A stretch of 64,000 bases of DNA from positions 2,829,003 to 2,893,002 of the forward strand of contig MU058065.1 in assembly GCA_013265495.1 (NCBI GenBank), written 5' to 3'. Below, in pieces: positions 37,921 through 52,361 of this stretch. How positions within the stretch are numbered: position 1 is the stretch's first letter; each line of letters begins with the position of its first letter. A model generated the notes under the pieces. That model was given only the letters and a program-made list of their open reading frames with translations. It had not been told where the DNA came from and ran no database searches. Source of the stretch: Vicugna vicugna (lineage: Eukaryota). Both the position numbers and the translations under genes were made by a program.

Positions 37921-40398
37921 GGCCAGTATATCTTTCAACAAGATACAATGGTCACCTCCATAAGGAGGTGGCAGTGGGTATGAAAGAAACAGATTCAAGA
38001 GCTAGTTGAGGGGTCAAAACCCTGGAACTTGAGGAGGGTTTGCTGCAGAAGCCATGGAAGCCAGTGGTCAGGGGCAGCTTCTAGATTACAGGTTTGTTGG
38101 TGGAATTGGGTGGAGAGTGATGCCATTGGCTAAGAGGAAACTAGAAGAGGGCTGGGTGGAAGAAGGAAAAGGGAGCCAGGGAAGTATCTGGTAAAAGGAA
38201 AACAGACTCATGGTGGTTTAGAGTTCAGACTCTGGAAGTCACAGAAATAATGGAGTCTCCCAAGGTCACTGAAACCCTGGTCCTGATAAAGCATCACAGA
38301 TGAACTCAAGGTCAGTCATGGCCCTTCCTAGAGACCAGCTTTCGGTCCTCAAAGTAACCTCCTGTGAAGAATGCTTCCTGTCTTTGCCTCCCTGTGGTTT
38401 CCCTTATATAACAAGGCATTCCTTCAAGAAAACTGGCGTCCCAGATTCCACAGAGCAGCAGGAGACTGTGTGAAATGTCCTACCCCCCAGGAAAATGAGA
38501 TCAGAACAAGAAACTGTTGCCCCCAAGGGAGCTTTCATTGGCCAATCCCACATTTGACCTATCCACATTCTCCTAGCAGCCTTTATCCCCCAGTGCCTCT
38601 GATAGTAAGTAGAGTCAGACACTCCTACTTCTGACTCGTGGGCAAAACTGAGGCTACTCTGGATTACTAAGATGTCTGAGCATAAAAGGTTACTTGAGGA
38701 AATTTAATGTTATGATGTTTGGTATAAGCATTTATTCTTTTACAAGAATAAATTACAGGATTGCATGGTGGAGTCCCAGAAAGAATGTTTGAGGAAAAGA
38801 CAAATAATCATTTGAAATTAGCACGTCAAGGTTTTAATGAACTGGAAATTATATGTGGCATCAATCTCAAACTGGCATCCTTAGATAGTTTTGTCCCAAA
38901 GTTTTTAAAAGTAATTTGTATTAGTTGCCAATATTTAAAAATCCATAAATTCCAGGTGTGTATCAGTACTTGCAACTTTTCTTTAAAATGGAAAGTTCTG
39001 GCAAAGCTGGGCCCACTCTCACCCATGACAACAATGAGATGACGCTCCTAAACTCAGGTGTGAGTTCCCTGGTCCATCTCAGTGCTCGCCACTCCTTGGT
39101 GTAGCCCACATATCGAAGCTGAATAGCTCTGCTGTTTTTAGTATGTTCACATTGCTGTTTTTCTTTTTAGGTCAACATGAAATTGTATATTTTCTTACCT
39201 ATGTCTCTACCAAAAGTGGAAAAATTGCATTCAGTCCCAGCTAAACCCAGGAGGATGGCTAGATAATTTCCTGAAGTCCTGTGAACTATATGTGAGGAAC
39301 ATTCTTCTAGTAGTTTATAATGCAAAGGAGGACCATTTACCACCTGTCTACAAATACTTCAGGCGCACTTACTGATACTGCAGTCTGGCCTCCAATACTT
39401 TCATGGTCTCTTTATCACCATTAGTTTGGTTTGAGCAATCAAAAGCTCTAAGGAAACAGGCAGAAAAGTTCTACTAAAAAAAAAATCAGCCAGTGCCATG
39501 AAAAGAAAAACCTGGATTCAAGCAATTTTTCCTTTCAAGTCTCCTGACTTGAATTTCCAATCAAAGATCTAAAAAAATCACGGATCACCTCCCCACTGCC
39601 TTCGACCATGAGACCCACCCACTGGTCTTCTGTATACTGGATTAAGATGATCCAAGAAAATAGCTGAAAATTCAGTTTGTTCTACACATGGCCTGGTAAG
39701 AAAAATGCCTTGTGAAAGTTTGGTTAAATACTTTTTTCTACTTTTTATTATAGAGTTGGCTCTGTAGCAGAGAAAGTATGTTTTCTAACTTCATGAGGAG
39801 GCAAATCATATCAGTTTTCAGGGAAGAAAAAAAAAAGCTTGACTGGTTGTCTTTAGTGATAAATACATATTTATTATAAGACATTAATTTAATGAGTTCT
39901 ACTGTAGTTGGCTGGTTCAGAAGTGATTGGTAATAAAGACTTAAGTGTAGATAGAGAAAATGAGCTTTTTTTGTCTATGATTTATGGAGTATTATTGCAA
40001 AAAACAAGCAAATGATTATCTAAAAGAAAAAAATTGGGGGATAATTATCAAATCTAAAAACTACAGGTGGTGCAAGAATTCAAATTTTCACCTTTCTCTC
40101 TCAACCCTAAAGTGAAGCATGAGATAAAAAATTGTGGGGAACTAAAGTAGCTATATTTTGACAAGTCTCATGGTGCTTCAAAATAAATCTTCCCATGGGA
40201 AATTGATAACCTCTTAAATAAAAAAAAAGTAAACTATAACATAAATTCAGAAAAAAATTCACAAATCATAAACCTACAGCTTAATGCCTACTACAGTCAA
40301 CCTACCCATGTAATCATCACCTAGACCAACAATAGAACGCTAACCCCTTTCTTCTTCCCAATGGTAACCACTTACCTGACATAACTTTTTAGATTCCT

Positions 40399-43300
40399 AT
40401 AGAGCTAAAGTAATCAAAACAGCATGGTATTGGTACAAAGACAGACATATGGACCAATGGAACAGAATAGAGAGCCCAGAAATGAACCCATAAACTTTTT
40501 GGTCAACTAATCTTCGACAAAGGAAGCAAGAAAGTATAATAGAATAAAGACAGTCTCTTCAGCAAATAGTGTTGGGAAAACTCGACAGCAGCATGTAAAT
40601 CAGTGAAGCTAGAACACTCTCTTACACCATACACAAAAATAAACTCAAAATGAATCAAAGACTTAAACATAAGATAAGATACAAAAAACCTGCTAGAAGA
40701 AAATATAGGCAAAACATTATCTGACATACATTTCAAAAATGTTCTCCTAGGGCAGTCTACCCAAGCAATAGAAATAAAAGCAAGAATAAACAAATGGGAC
40801 TTAATGAAACTTACAAGCTTCTGCACAGCAAAGGAAACCATAGATAAAACAAAATGACAATCTATGGAATGGGAGAAAATTTTTGCAAATGAAACCGACA
40901 AAGGCTTGATCTCCAGAATGTATAAGCAACTCATACGACTTAATAAGAAAAAAACAAACAACCCAATCCAAAAATGGACAAAAGACCTAAACAAGCAATT
41001 CTCCAAGGAAGAAATACAAATGATCAATAGGCACATGAAAAAATTCTCAATATCACTAATTATCAGAGAAATGCAAATCAAAGCTACTATGAGGTATGAC
41101 CTCACACCAGTCAGAATGGCCGTCATTCAAAAGTCCACAAATGACAAATGCTGGAGAGGCTGTGGAGAAAAGGGAACCCTCTTACACTGCTGGTGGGAAT
41201 GCAGTTTGGTGCAGCCACTGTGGAAAACAGTATGAAGATTCCTCAAAAGACAAGTAATAGACTTACCATATGACCCAGTATTCCCACTCCTGGGCATATA
41301 TCCAGAAGGAATCCTACTTCAAAAAGACACCTGCACCCCAATTTTCATAGCAGCACTATTTACAATGGCCAAGACATGGAAGCACCCTAAATGTCCATTA
41401 ACAGATAACTGTATAAAGAAGAGGTAGTATACTTATACAATGGAATACTATTCAGCCATAAAAAATGACAACATAATGCCATTTGCAACAACATGGATGT
41501 TCCTGGAGAATGTCATTCTAAGTGAAGTAAGCCAGAAAGAGAAAGAAAAATACCATATGAGATCACTCATATGTGGAATCTAAATAAATAAATACAAAAC
41601 AGAAACAGATTCATAGACATAGAATACAAACTTGTTGTTGCCAAGGGGGTAGGGGGTGGGAAGGGATAGAATGGGAGTTCAAAATTTGTAGATACTGACA
41701 GGCATATGTAGAATAGATAAACAAGATTATACTGTATAGCTCAGGGAAATATATACAAGATCTTGTGGTAGCTCAAAGAAAAAAAAAAAAAAAAACAAAA
41801 AGTGACAATGAATATATGTATGTTCATGTATAACTGAAAAATTGTGCTCTACACTGGAATTTGACACAACATTGAAGAACAACTATAGCTCAAAAAGAAG
41901 AACCAAGTAGAATTAGTAAACTAATGCTGAGATAAGAGCTGACCTAAAGTTTGTACAAAGCAGACTAGATAATGCAGAGGAACGAATAAGTGACCTAGAA
42001 GACAGGACAACAGAAAGCACCCAATCAGAACAGCTGAGAGAAAAACAAATAAAAAACAATGAAAACAATATAAGGGACCTATGGGATAATATAAAGCATG
42101 CCAATCTACACATAATAGGGGTTCCAGAAGAGGAAGAAAGAATACAGGGGATTGAAAGGTATTTGAAGAAATCATGACTGAAAACTTCCCAAACCTAAAG
42201 GAATCAGATATCCAAGTACAGGTGGCTCAGAGGGTCCCAAACAGGGAGAACCCAAACAGACCTACACTGAAACATATCATAATCAAGATGGCCAGAGTCA
42301 AGGATAAAGAAATGATCCTAAAGGCAGCAAGAGAAAAACAAAGAGTGAGTTACAATGGAACCCCCGTAAAGCTCTCAGCTAATTTCTCTACACAAACACT
42401 ACAGGCCAGAAGGGAGTAGCAAGATATATTCAAAGTCCTGAATGAAAAAAAGATGTAGCCTAGGATACTCTATCCAGCAAGGCTATCCTTTAGAGTAGAA
42501 GGAGAGATAGAGAACTTCACAGACAAGCAAAAACTAAAAGAATTTAGCAACACTAAATCCATGCTAAAAGAAATATTGACAGGTCTACTCTAAATAGAAA
42601 AGAAGCAGGATGCTACAAAAATGAGAAACTCATAACTGGAAAGGAGATAACTGCCATGAATTACAAAAAGAATAAACACAAAATTGTAAAAGAAGACATC
42701 TAAATCATTAAGAGTGGGAGAGGGAAGCAAGGAAAGCCACTGTGGAAAACAGTATGGAGATTCCTCAAAAGACTAGGAATAGACTTAACATATGACCCAG
42801 GAATCTTGCTCCTGGGCATATATCCAGAAGGAACCCTACTTCAAAATGACACCTGCACTACAATGTTCATAGCAGCACTATTTACAATAGCCAAGACATG
42901 GAAACAGCCTACATGTCCATCAAAAGATGACTGAATAAAGAAGAGGTGGTATATTTATATGATGGAATACTATTCAGCCACAAAAACCGACAACATAATG
43001 CCATTTGCAGCAACATGCATGTTCCTGGAGAATGTCATTCTAAGTGAAGTAAGCCAGAAAGAGAGAAAAATACCATATGAGATCACTCATATGAGGAATT
43101 TAAAAACAGAACAAAACATAAATACAAAATAGAAACAGACTCATAGACATAGAATACAAACTTGTGGTTCCCAGGGGATGGGGGGTGGGAAGGGACAGAC
43201 GGGGATTTTAAAATGCAGAATAGATAAACAAGATTATACTGTATAGCACAGGGAAATATAAACAAGATCTTGTGGTAGCTCATAGCGAAAAGACAATGTG

Positions 43301-43719
43301 ACAATGAATATATATATGTTCATATAGAACTGAAAAATTGTGCTCTACACTAGAATTTGACACAACCTTGTAAAATGACTATTACTCAATAAAAAAAAAG
43401 TTAAAAATACCAAAATAAATAAATAAATAAATAAAAAGAGAAAAAAATAAATAAAATGCAGAATAGATAAACAAGATTATACTGTATAGCACAGGGAAAT
43501 ATATAGAAGGTCTTGTGGTAGATCATAGCAAAAAAAATGTAACAATGAATATATATATGCTCATGTATAACTGAAAAATTATGCTCTACACTAGAATTTG
43601 ACACAACATTGTAAAGTGACTGTTACTCAATAAAAAATGTAAAAAAATAGAAAAATGATTATAACTCAATAAAAAAAGTTTTAAAAATAAAAATAAAAAA
43701 GAAAGAAAGACAAAAAAAG
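40399..43719 (+). mobile_element. Young rearranged composite L1 insertion (ORF2 3' part + 3'UTR, ORF1, second ORF2 end + 3'UTR, repeated 3' ends)
   Basis: ORF2 C-terminal peptide (40864-41235) precedes ORF1 peptide (42174-42419). Bounded by the direct repeat CTTTTTAGATTCCT at 40385-40398 and 43720-43733. Confidence 0.9.
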
Positions 43720-43733
43720 CTTTTTAGATTCCT

Positions 43734-46700
43734 TTTACCTGGTTTTTGAAGTTCAAGTGAAGTCACATAGAATGTGTTCTTTTGTAAATTGCTTCTTTTG
43801 CTTAATATTATGTTTGATAGATTTATCTGTATTGTTATACGTACCTGTGCATTAATTTTCACTGCTGTATAGTATTCCATATTCCATTGTGTGACTATAT
43901 CACAGTTTGGTTATTCATTTTAATATTGATGGACCTTTAGGATTTTCCCAATTTGGAGCTATTATGAAACAATACTATAATGAACATCCTTAGATAAGTC
44001 TCTTGCTGCACATGTAAACACATGTGTGTTGAGAGTAGATTTGCCATGTCATAACATCTGTATTTATTCAGTTACAATAGACAATACTCAGTTTTCCAAT
44101 GTGGTTCTACCTGAAGTGTGAGAGTGAGTATTTCTAGTGCTCCACATTTAGTATGGTCATTCTGATTAATTTTACCTACTCTGGTAGTTCCACAGAGGTA
44201 TCTCATCATGGTTGTCATTTGTATATTACTGATTGTTAATGACATGGTGCACATTTTCAGATGTGTATTAGCCATTTTGATATCCCGCTTTTGAAGTGGC
44301 TTTTTACATCTCTTGTCCTCCACACTCCTTTTTAAATTTATGTTGTTTCTTTTCTACGAATGTGTAGGAACTCCACACATTCTTTATAAAAACCCATTGT
44401 CAGTTTTATTTGTAGCAATTATCTTCTCCCACACTGTAATTTACCTTCTCACTCAATGTTTTTAAAAGAACAAAGCAAGTCTTAATTTTAAAGCAATTTA
44501 TTAAATTTTTCTTTATATTAGTGGTTTTATATCCTGTTTAAGAAGTCTTTTCCTGTCTCAAAATTATGATAATATTTTCCTATATTATCCTTTACAAGTT
44601 TTATTGCTTTTCCTCCCACAATTGGATTTAAATCCATCTGGAATTGATTTTGTATGTAACGTAGGGTTCAAATCTTTTTTTTATGTAAGGATATCCAATT
44701 AACCCAGTGCAATTTATGGAAGACCATCTTTTTTCCACCATTCTGTGGTGCCACATTTGTCCAAAATTACACGTGGATTAGTTTTAGTTAATCTAGTTTA
44801 TATTAAATCTTAAAATTGTTAGGATATGTCCTCTCAACTTTTTCTTCTTCTTCAAGTTTATCTTATATTTTTGGCTCTCTACATTTCCATGTAGGCTTAA
44901 GAATCAGCTTGTAGATTTACAAACATCCATACACACATTATAAACATTCATACATACCATCTGCTGGGATTTTGATTCTGATTGCACTGATTATATAGAT
45001 TTGGAGAGAATTGGCATTTTCATAACTGATGTTTATATTCCATTGCATACAGTATTTTAAAAAATTTACTTTCTAACTTTTTATGATTAGTATATATAAA
45101 TATAACTTATTGTTTGTATTACTCTTATATCCAACAAAATTGTTAAAATCACTTACGAACTCTAATAATTTATCTGTAGAGGCTCTTACATTTTCTACTT
45201 ACACAATCATTCAGTTTGCAAACCATGATGTTCTTATTTCTTTTTTCCCACTCCTTATGACTTTTGTTTCATTTCCTTGCCTTATGACCTTGGCTTGGAC
45301 CTTCAGAACAATGTTAAATGAAAGTGTTGAGAGTGACCATCTGTTCCTCATTACATCTCAGAAGGAAAGTTATCAATATTTCACCATAGAGCTTGATGTC
45401 TGCTTTATTTTTTTTTTTTGGTAAATATTCTTTATTGGAATAGAGAATGTCCTTCCATTGCTGGTTCTCTGAAGGTGTTTTTCTTTTATAATAAATGGGT
45501 GCCAAATTTTTTCAAATGCTTTTTCTGTACATACTGAATGAATGTAGTTATTTTATTCTGCTAATGTAGTGAATTACACTGATTAATATTCAAATGGTAA
45601 ACTAATTTGTCTTCCTGAAACAAACAACACTTGGTTGTGATGTATTTTTTTTAGTGTCATGGGATTTGGATGGGTAAATTATGGGATATTTATAATATAT
45701 ATTCATGAGTGATATTGGTTTATAATTTTCCTTGCTTATCATGTCTTTACCAAAGACATGATAAAGACTTTGTCAAAGTTACATTGGCCTCACAAAAAAG
45801 CCAGAGAAATATCTTTTTTTCTGTTCTCTATAAGTGTTTGTGTAAGATCGATGGTATTTGTTAATGTGCCTGGAGTTTTCTTTGTGGGAAAGTTTTTAAG
45901 TACAGATGCTATAATAAATTAAGGGTTTCTATGTTTTCAGTGTTAGCTTTGGTAAGTGGTGTTTTCTGGGAATTTATCAATTTCATCTAAAATTTCAAAT
46001 ATACTAGCATAGATTTGGTTGTAATAGCCTCCTAAATCTTTTAGTCTATAGAATCTGAAGTGATGCTTCTCAATTAATTCCTAAAGTTGGTAAAGTTGGT
46101 TTTCTGCTCCTTCTCTCATTTTATTTATCAGTCTCATCAGATGTTGACCAATTTTACTCTTTTGAAAGAAATTACTCTGTGCTTTGTTGATCCTTCTCTT
46201 TTATGATTGTTTTCAAATTGATTAGTTCCTGATCTCAACATTCATATTCCCTCCCTTTTCCTCACTACTGGTTGAATTTGCTGGTATTTTTTTTTCTTAC
46301 TATTTCTTGTGCTGGAAGTCTTTTTTGCTCTTTAGCAGAAATATATCTTTATTTCTCTCTTTTGAGATTTTCTCTTTAAATCTTGTTTAAAGCAGTTTTA
46401 AAAGCTATTACAGTAGATTCTTTTTATTTACTTTTTGGGGAGTGACTTTTGAATATGCCTTGATGATTTTTATGATTTAATGCTCTCAACTCTTATCTCT
46501 TCAAAAATTTATTTTGCTCTATTCTCCCTCTCATCTCCTTTTCACAATTTTAGTTATGTATACATTAGATGTTTTCACTATAGCCCATATGTCTGTCTGT
46601 TCCTTGCAGTCTATATTTCCTATCCTTCTGTCTCTCTATCTGGTCTACATATTATATTTTGATTTACCTTCCAGTTTACTAATTCACTTTTCAATTGTGA

Positions 46701-47500
46701 TTAATCTGCTATTAAATCCATCCATTGAATTATTAATTGATGTTTTGTATTTTTTGATTCTAAGACTTTTGGGTCTGTTTTGTGTGTGTGTGTTTCAGTT
46801 TCCTGTTCTCTGCCAAGATTATTGTTTATATCCTTGACATATTAAAAAGTCTGTGTATGTCCACTATCTGGATACCCTGTGGGTCATTTTCTACTGTCTA
46901 TTGTTTCCTGTGGTTTGGGACGACATTTTAATTTCTGTTTATATGAATGGTTATTTTTACTTGCATAGTTGATGTTATGTATGAAAAATTGAAGAGATAA
47001 TTTGAGGCTGTAGATGTTATCATCCACCAGAGATCACCCGCCAGAGTTTATTATTAGCAATTCCCAATCACCTTCATCTAACCATAGATGAGGATGATGT
47101 GAAACACTCTACTGCAGCCACTATGAGAACTGGTTTATGTCCAGCTCATTCTTATTCTCAACATACATCCTTTAAAGTCCCAACAAAACTTTGGTAATTT
47201 ATTAAGGCTTTTTCCCCTTGGCAGGCCCTGGCCTCCAATTTTTGCCTCTTATTCTTTTGAATATTTCAAAAGTTATTCTCAGCTTCCCAATTTTTCTGTC
47301 ATCATCTTAAATATTGAAATTGTCAGGTACCTTTAGGTTAAAAAAAAAAAAGTTCCTTGTCTCACCTCTCTGAGGTTTCTTACTTTCTCAAATTTTGGCT
47401 CTTCACTTTCTTGAAGGGTCTCCTATTTAAAAATATATATATATTGTTCTACTTGTCTGCTTATTCTTATCAAGAAGTTTTTTCCTGAACTACTAATCTG
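43734..47500 (-). mobile_element. Old L1M element (continues left of the young insertion at ~40230-40398)
   Basis: T-rich degenerate reverse-complement ORF2/3' motifs (gtagtattccat, tttggagagaattggcatttt, aaatgctttttctg). Confidence 0.8.
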
Positions 47501-49533
47501 GACCTTATGGAAGCCAAGAGCTTGTTTGCAAATACAAACTTAACATTTTATTTAAATATACGTGTCCAATCCACCATTGTTTAAAAATATGTCCTCAGTT
47601 ACCTCAATGATTCATTAGACCTTAAACTCTTTTCTTAATATTAGTAAGGCATGGAGCCTTGGGGTAAGTGTTGGGCATTCTACAGATGCATTTGATAACA
47701 TTATGGCTATGAAGCCTCCTGTTTGGACTATTGCATAGGTAGCATGGCAAGACATAATTACAAAATAAAACAATACATGTATATATTATTTATTTGTTTA
47801 TATATTCTTCATCTATGTTTTCCTACAAGGATAGAACATGTACTTTGTCTACCCTGTTTACCACTCTATCTCCAACACCCTTTAGGTATACAATAAATAT
47901 TTGTTTAATTAATAAATTTAAAAATAGAAAACCTATGTGTCTTCAATAATGTTACATAGCCAACCATTAAGGATAGTCTTTTTAAGACATGTATTAATAA
48001 TGCTTTCTATGAGGCATCAAAGACCCGAGATAGCCCTCAATGGGATATATAGCTGTTGCTACCTGGTAGCAAATTACCTATGGTAAAGGAGACAAACCAA
48101 CCCCAAATTTCTGTTCTCACCCACTGCGTTATTTCCAACTCTCTTCATATCTGAACTGGATTATTGCAATATTCTCCAATTAATTCATCTCTATACCTAC
48201 AGTCTTCTTTCTCTCCAAATCTATCTACCAGACTTCTGCCAAGTCCATTTCCTATTACACAGATAGGATCAAGTCACTGTTTTTGGAACCTGAAAGCAAC
48301 AGGAATATCCTTTAAATCCTTAGCATGGCACTCAGGGCCCTCAGAAATTGGTAGGAATGTGGCTGATGGAAAGAATTTGATGTATATTTGTTGAATGACT
48401 AGCTTCAACTTCCCTTCCTAATCTCTCCGACTCCACCCAAGTTCCATCATAGCAAGAAAACTCATTCTTCCTAAACATTCATGCATTTTCACATCTGTTT
48501 TTGTTGTTCATATCCAGAAAGTCCTAATCCAGCATTTCCACCAACTCAGTCTTCAAGGCTACATTATATGGTCTGCCAATTCATCCACAGTTCCCCAGTA
48601 GAAATTAACCATTGCTTTACTATTTAAATTCTCTTCGGACTTTTAAACTAACCCATGTTATTATATCACATCTTATGTTAACTTTATTTCTCCATTTTAT
48701 TTCCAAGCTATTTCAGAATTTTTACGTTAGAATTGCTAGAGTATTTATAATTTATTTATCCATTCCTTATGTTGTTAACTCCCTGTATATACTCATGATA
48801 GGCACTTAATGAGTGGTTATTGAATAAATAAATCAAAGGAAGGTCCACACAGCTGTTCTCAAACTGATTCAGGCAGTGGAGCCCTTGAAAATTATACTAT
48901 TCTTTGCTAAACATTATAAAATATTGTTTAAAAAGTTTTAAATGAAAAATATACACCATTATGATAAATTGAAATTAGCAGCTTGAAAGCCTTGAGTAAA
49001 AGAAACAAAAACAATTAAAGAGGAAAAATTAGAAAAGCAAATGTTAATGGAGAAATTTTTCCCCAGTGATTTCATCTTTCTCTGGTCAGGAAGTGGCTCT
49101 CATTATAGTGTTAGGATTAGGACACCCAGGTTTCGTGTTCCTGGACTGAGAGTCACGGGTCCCACCTATATGATTTTTGTGATTGCTGCCATTCTGAAGT
49201 GAGGGAAAATGTTGGTAAGTTGAGAAAATTAGCATCCACACCAACCTACAAGATAAATAAATCTCATGGAATGATTACCCTTTCAAAAGAGTTGGTACTT
49301 TTTTTTTACTGGCCTTTAGGCTTCAAGCGCTTTAATGCTACTACATATCACCATAAACAACCTACCAAATCATAGCAGATCAACATAGGCAACTAAAGGT
49401 CTTTGAAAACTGATGAATTTAACATTTTTCTTAAATCAGTCTTAACTCTGAAGACACAAGTCAGGCAGAAAGTGGTCCTGGCATAGACCAGAGAAGCACA
49501 AATACTGCAGAGCTGTTTCAAACACCAGCTCAC

Positions 49534-49710
49534 CGTCACTTTGACAACTGTAAAGATGGCTTCCAGAAATAGCCAGTTCAGTTGGGCCTCACAGGAACGA
49601 GGGCTTCATAGTGTCATGTCAAACAACTGCCTCAGAATCCACTCCTCTTTTCTAGGGTCTTTCCTTCAGAATGTACTGTGAGGATTGGTCCAAACTCACA
49701 GCCAAGAGGG
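49534..49710 (-). pseudogene. Pseudo-exon, middle of DH unit B
   Basis: ccctgtag| ... acg|gtgagc, 177 nt. Reads PSWL*VWTNPHSTF*RKDPRKEEWILRQLFDMTL*...LEAIFTVVKVT, resembling 'H..FL..L.....EEW......D.F'. All three stops are TGA. Confidence 0.5.
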
Positions 49711-51040
49711 CTACAGGGCCACACATATGTTGGGCATTTAGTTGGAGGCAGGACCTCAGGAATGAACAAACTTAAAGCTGGAATTAATTTTAGAGACTAT
49801 CCTGTCAGCTCTATCAGATGCATCTAATTCAACCTCTATTTGAATAGTCCCAGTAAGAAGGACATCATTGGTTTAACAATTCTTAAGAACTTTAAATAGT
49901 AAGATATTATCTAATATTAACTATTAGATTAATATTAGATATATTAATATAACAGTCCACATTAACTTCCTGGTCTCTGCTTTTATGCTGGTTGTCCCAT
50001 CAGTCTCTCTTTCTGATGACTGTCTGGTGGTGTGACTCATCCGTCTCAGTCTGGTTCAGTGCCTGATTTATTAGCAATCACTTACTAAATGTTACTGAAT
50101 GAATGAATAGACAAATACATGAATTTCAAAGACCTTTTTTCTCTTGGATAATTAGTGTATTTCCCCATCAAAGCCCTTAGCTGTCATCCATCTGGGCATG
50201 AAGCAAGGTAGGAACTTTAATTTTCCAAACATAGACCCATGAGGGCAGGAATCTTTGTCTATTTTGTTCACTGATGCATCTCAAATGTCTTGAATGGTGC
50301 CAGACATTTTAGGTATTCAACAAATACTTTACATAGATAAATAACAAAATACCATTTTTCCCCATGCCCTTTCTTTTTTTGTTAATAACACAATATACCA
50401 AATCTCTCCACACTTTGCAGAGAGTTTAATCTAAAATTGATGTTATTTAGTTCCTTCCAAAATCTCACTGAGATAATTTATTTTTAAAGGCTGAAGGACA
50501 CACTAACCATTTATTTCTCCTCTGGAGTTGCTTAGTTCTCTCCCAGTATAAATTGAACAGCAGAAAGCTAGTACTAGACTACATTATTTTTACACCCCGT
50601 ATAAATGTCTTCTCAGAAAAAGAATCAGCATAATACCATCTGCTTCTAAGTAAATTTAGAATATGAAATGGTCATAGGAAAAATGTGTTTAAAATTTGTG
50701 CAAAGTTGCCATTGAAGTGATTTTCCAATTAAGTTGTTAATTGGAAACCCACAAAATAAATTTCTCTTAATATGCTAAAATTTTTTTGACTTGCCTAGAA
50801 AATGGCATGCTTCATTTATCAGACAATAAAAGTCATATATGCCATTGTGTTTTGTTTTGTGGCTTATTTCTTATTTCACTGAGGAAAGAGATGGTTTCAG
50901 ATAAGAATGACAGCCTTCGACCACCAAATCTAGCCATCCATTGCATCAGCACCCTCATTCTTGGCCCTTCTTCCTGTTAAAGGTATGAACCAATTCCTTT
51001 CTTTAAGACACTCACTTCCTTTACCTTGAAAACCACCCTC

Positions 51041-51665
51041 TTTTTTAAAAAAAATTAATTGAAGTGTAGGTAATTTACAGTGTTAGTTTCAGGTGTACAG
51101 CAAAGTGATGCAATTATGTATATACATATTTTTTTTTCTTTTCAGATTATTTTCCATCATATGCTATTATAAGAAATTGAATATAGTTATCTGTACTGGA
51201 CAGTAGGTCCTTGTTGTTTATCTATTCTATATATAGTAATGTGTGCCTGTTAATCCCCAACCCCTAATTTATCCATCCCCACCCCTTCCCCTCTGATAAT
51301 CATAGTTTGTTTTCTGTGTCTGTGAGTCTCTTTGTGGTTTGTAGGTGGAATTTATATCATTTTTTTAGATGCCACATATAATTGACATCACATGATACGT
51401 GTCTTTCTGTCTGACTTACTTCACTTAATATGATAGTCTCTAGGTCCATCCATGTAGCTGCAAATGGCATTATTTCATTCCTTTTATGGCTGAGTAGTAT
51501 TCCATTGCATACATATGGTATGGAGACATATATATATATATACACACACATACCACATCTTCTTTATTCAGTTATCTATTGATGAACATTTAGGTTGTTT
51601 CCATGTCTTGGCTATTGTAAATAGTGCTGCTATGAACATTGGGGTACATGTGTCTTTTTTTTTTT
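51041..51665 (-). mobile_element. Artiodactyl-type L1 3' end
   Basis: Peptide MPFAATWMDLETIILSEVSQTE; TSD-like gaaaaccac(c/a)ct on both sides. Confidence 0.85.
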
Positions 51666-52219
51666 GAAAACCACACTGTTGTCTACTCAAAGACTTTATG
51701 TCTGTCATTATTACCTTTCTCTTATGCATCACCAATGATTCCCTCTTTACTGGTTATTTCCATACCCAGGAAAACAAGCTGAAATATCTCCTATGTTAAA
51801 GAGAAAAAAATATATATATATATATGTTAAACCTTCACTGTTCTCCTTCAGTCCTGCTCCATATCTCTGATCTCCATTCTCCAAGTCCTTAAACAGTTGT
51901 CTACACTTGACATTTTTTTAACCTTATTTTCTCTCCTTAACCTTCTTCAATCAGACTTTTATCCCAATTGCTCCTCATCATCATATCCAATGGATCTCTC
52001 TAGACCTCTCAGCAGCATATACGTATCTGATATCCTTTTTTTTTGAAACAAGCTAGTCCTTTGACCTTAGGGAGGCTACTGTCTCTTGATGTGTTCCTGT
52101 ATCTTTGACCATTCCTTCTCCATTTCCTCTTTTGGATTTTCTTTCTTTCTCAGCTGCAAATGTTGAAGAGCCCCTAAACTTGTCCCCTGTCTTCTTTATC
52201 CCCCATTTACATGATCTTC

Positions 52220-52361
52220 TTTTTTTAAAGTGAATTTTTTTGGAGGGAGATAATTAGGTTTTTATTTATTTTTTATTATTTTTTTAGTGGTGGTACTGGG
52301 GGTTGAACCCAGGAACTTGTGCATGCTAAGCATGCGCTCTACCACTGAGCTTTACCTTCCC
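52220..52361 (-). mobile_element. tRNA-derived SINE of the camelid Vic-1 type
   Basis: Reverse complement gggaaggtaaagctcagtggtagagcgcatgcttagcatgcacaagttcctgggttcaacccccagtacc, followed by aaataaaaacctaattatctccc and an A-tail. Pol III A and B boxes present. Confidence 0.85.

Noticed and set aside
40503..41126. 207-aa minus-strand ORF
   Set aside because: Antisense frame of L1 ORF2, a common artefact.
52290..52361. tRNA-like sequence
   Set aside because: Head of a SINE with a tail; the acceptor stem does not pair properly.
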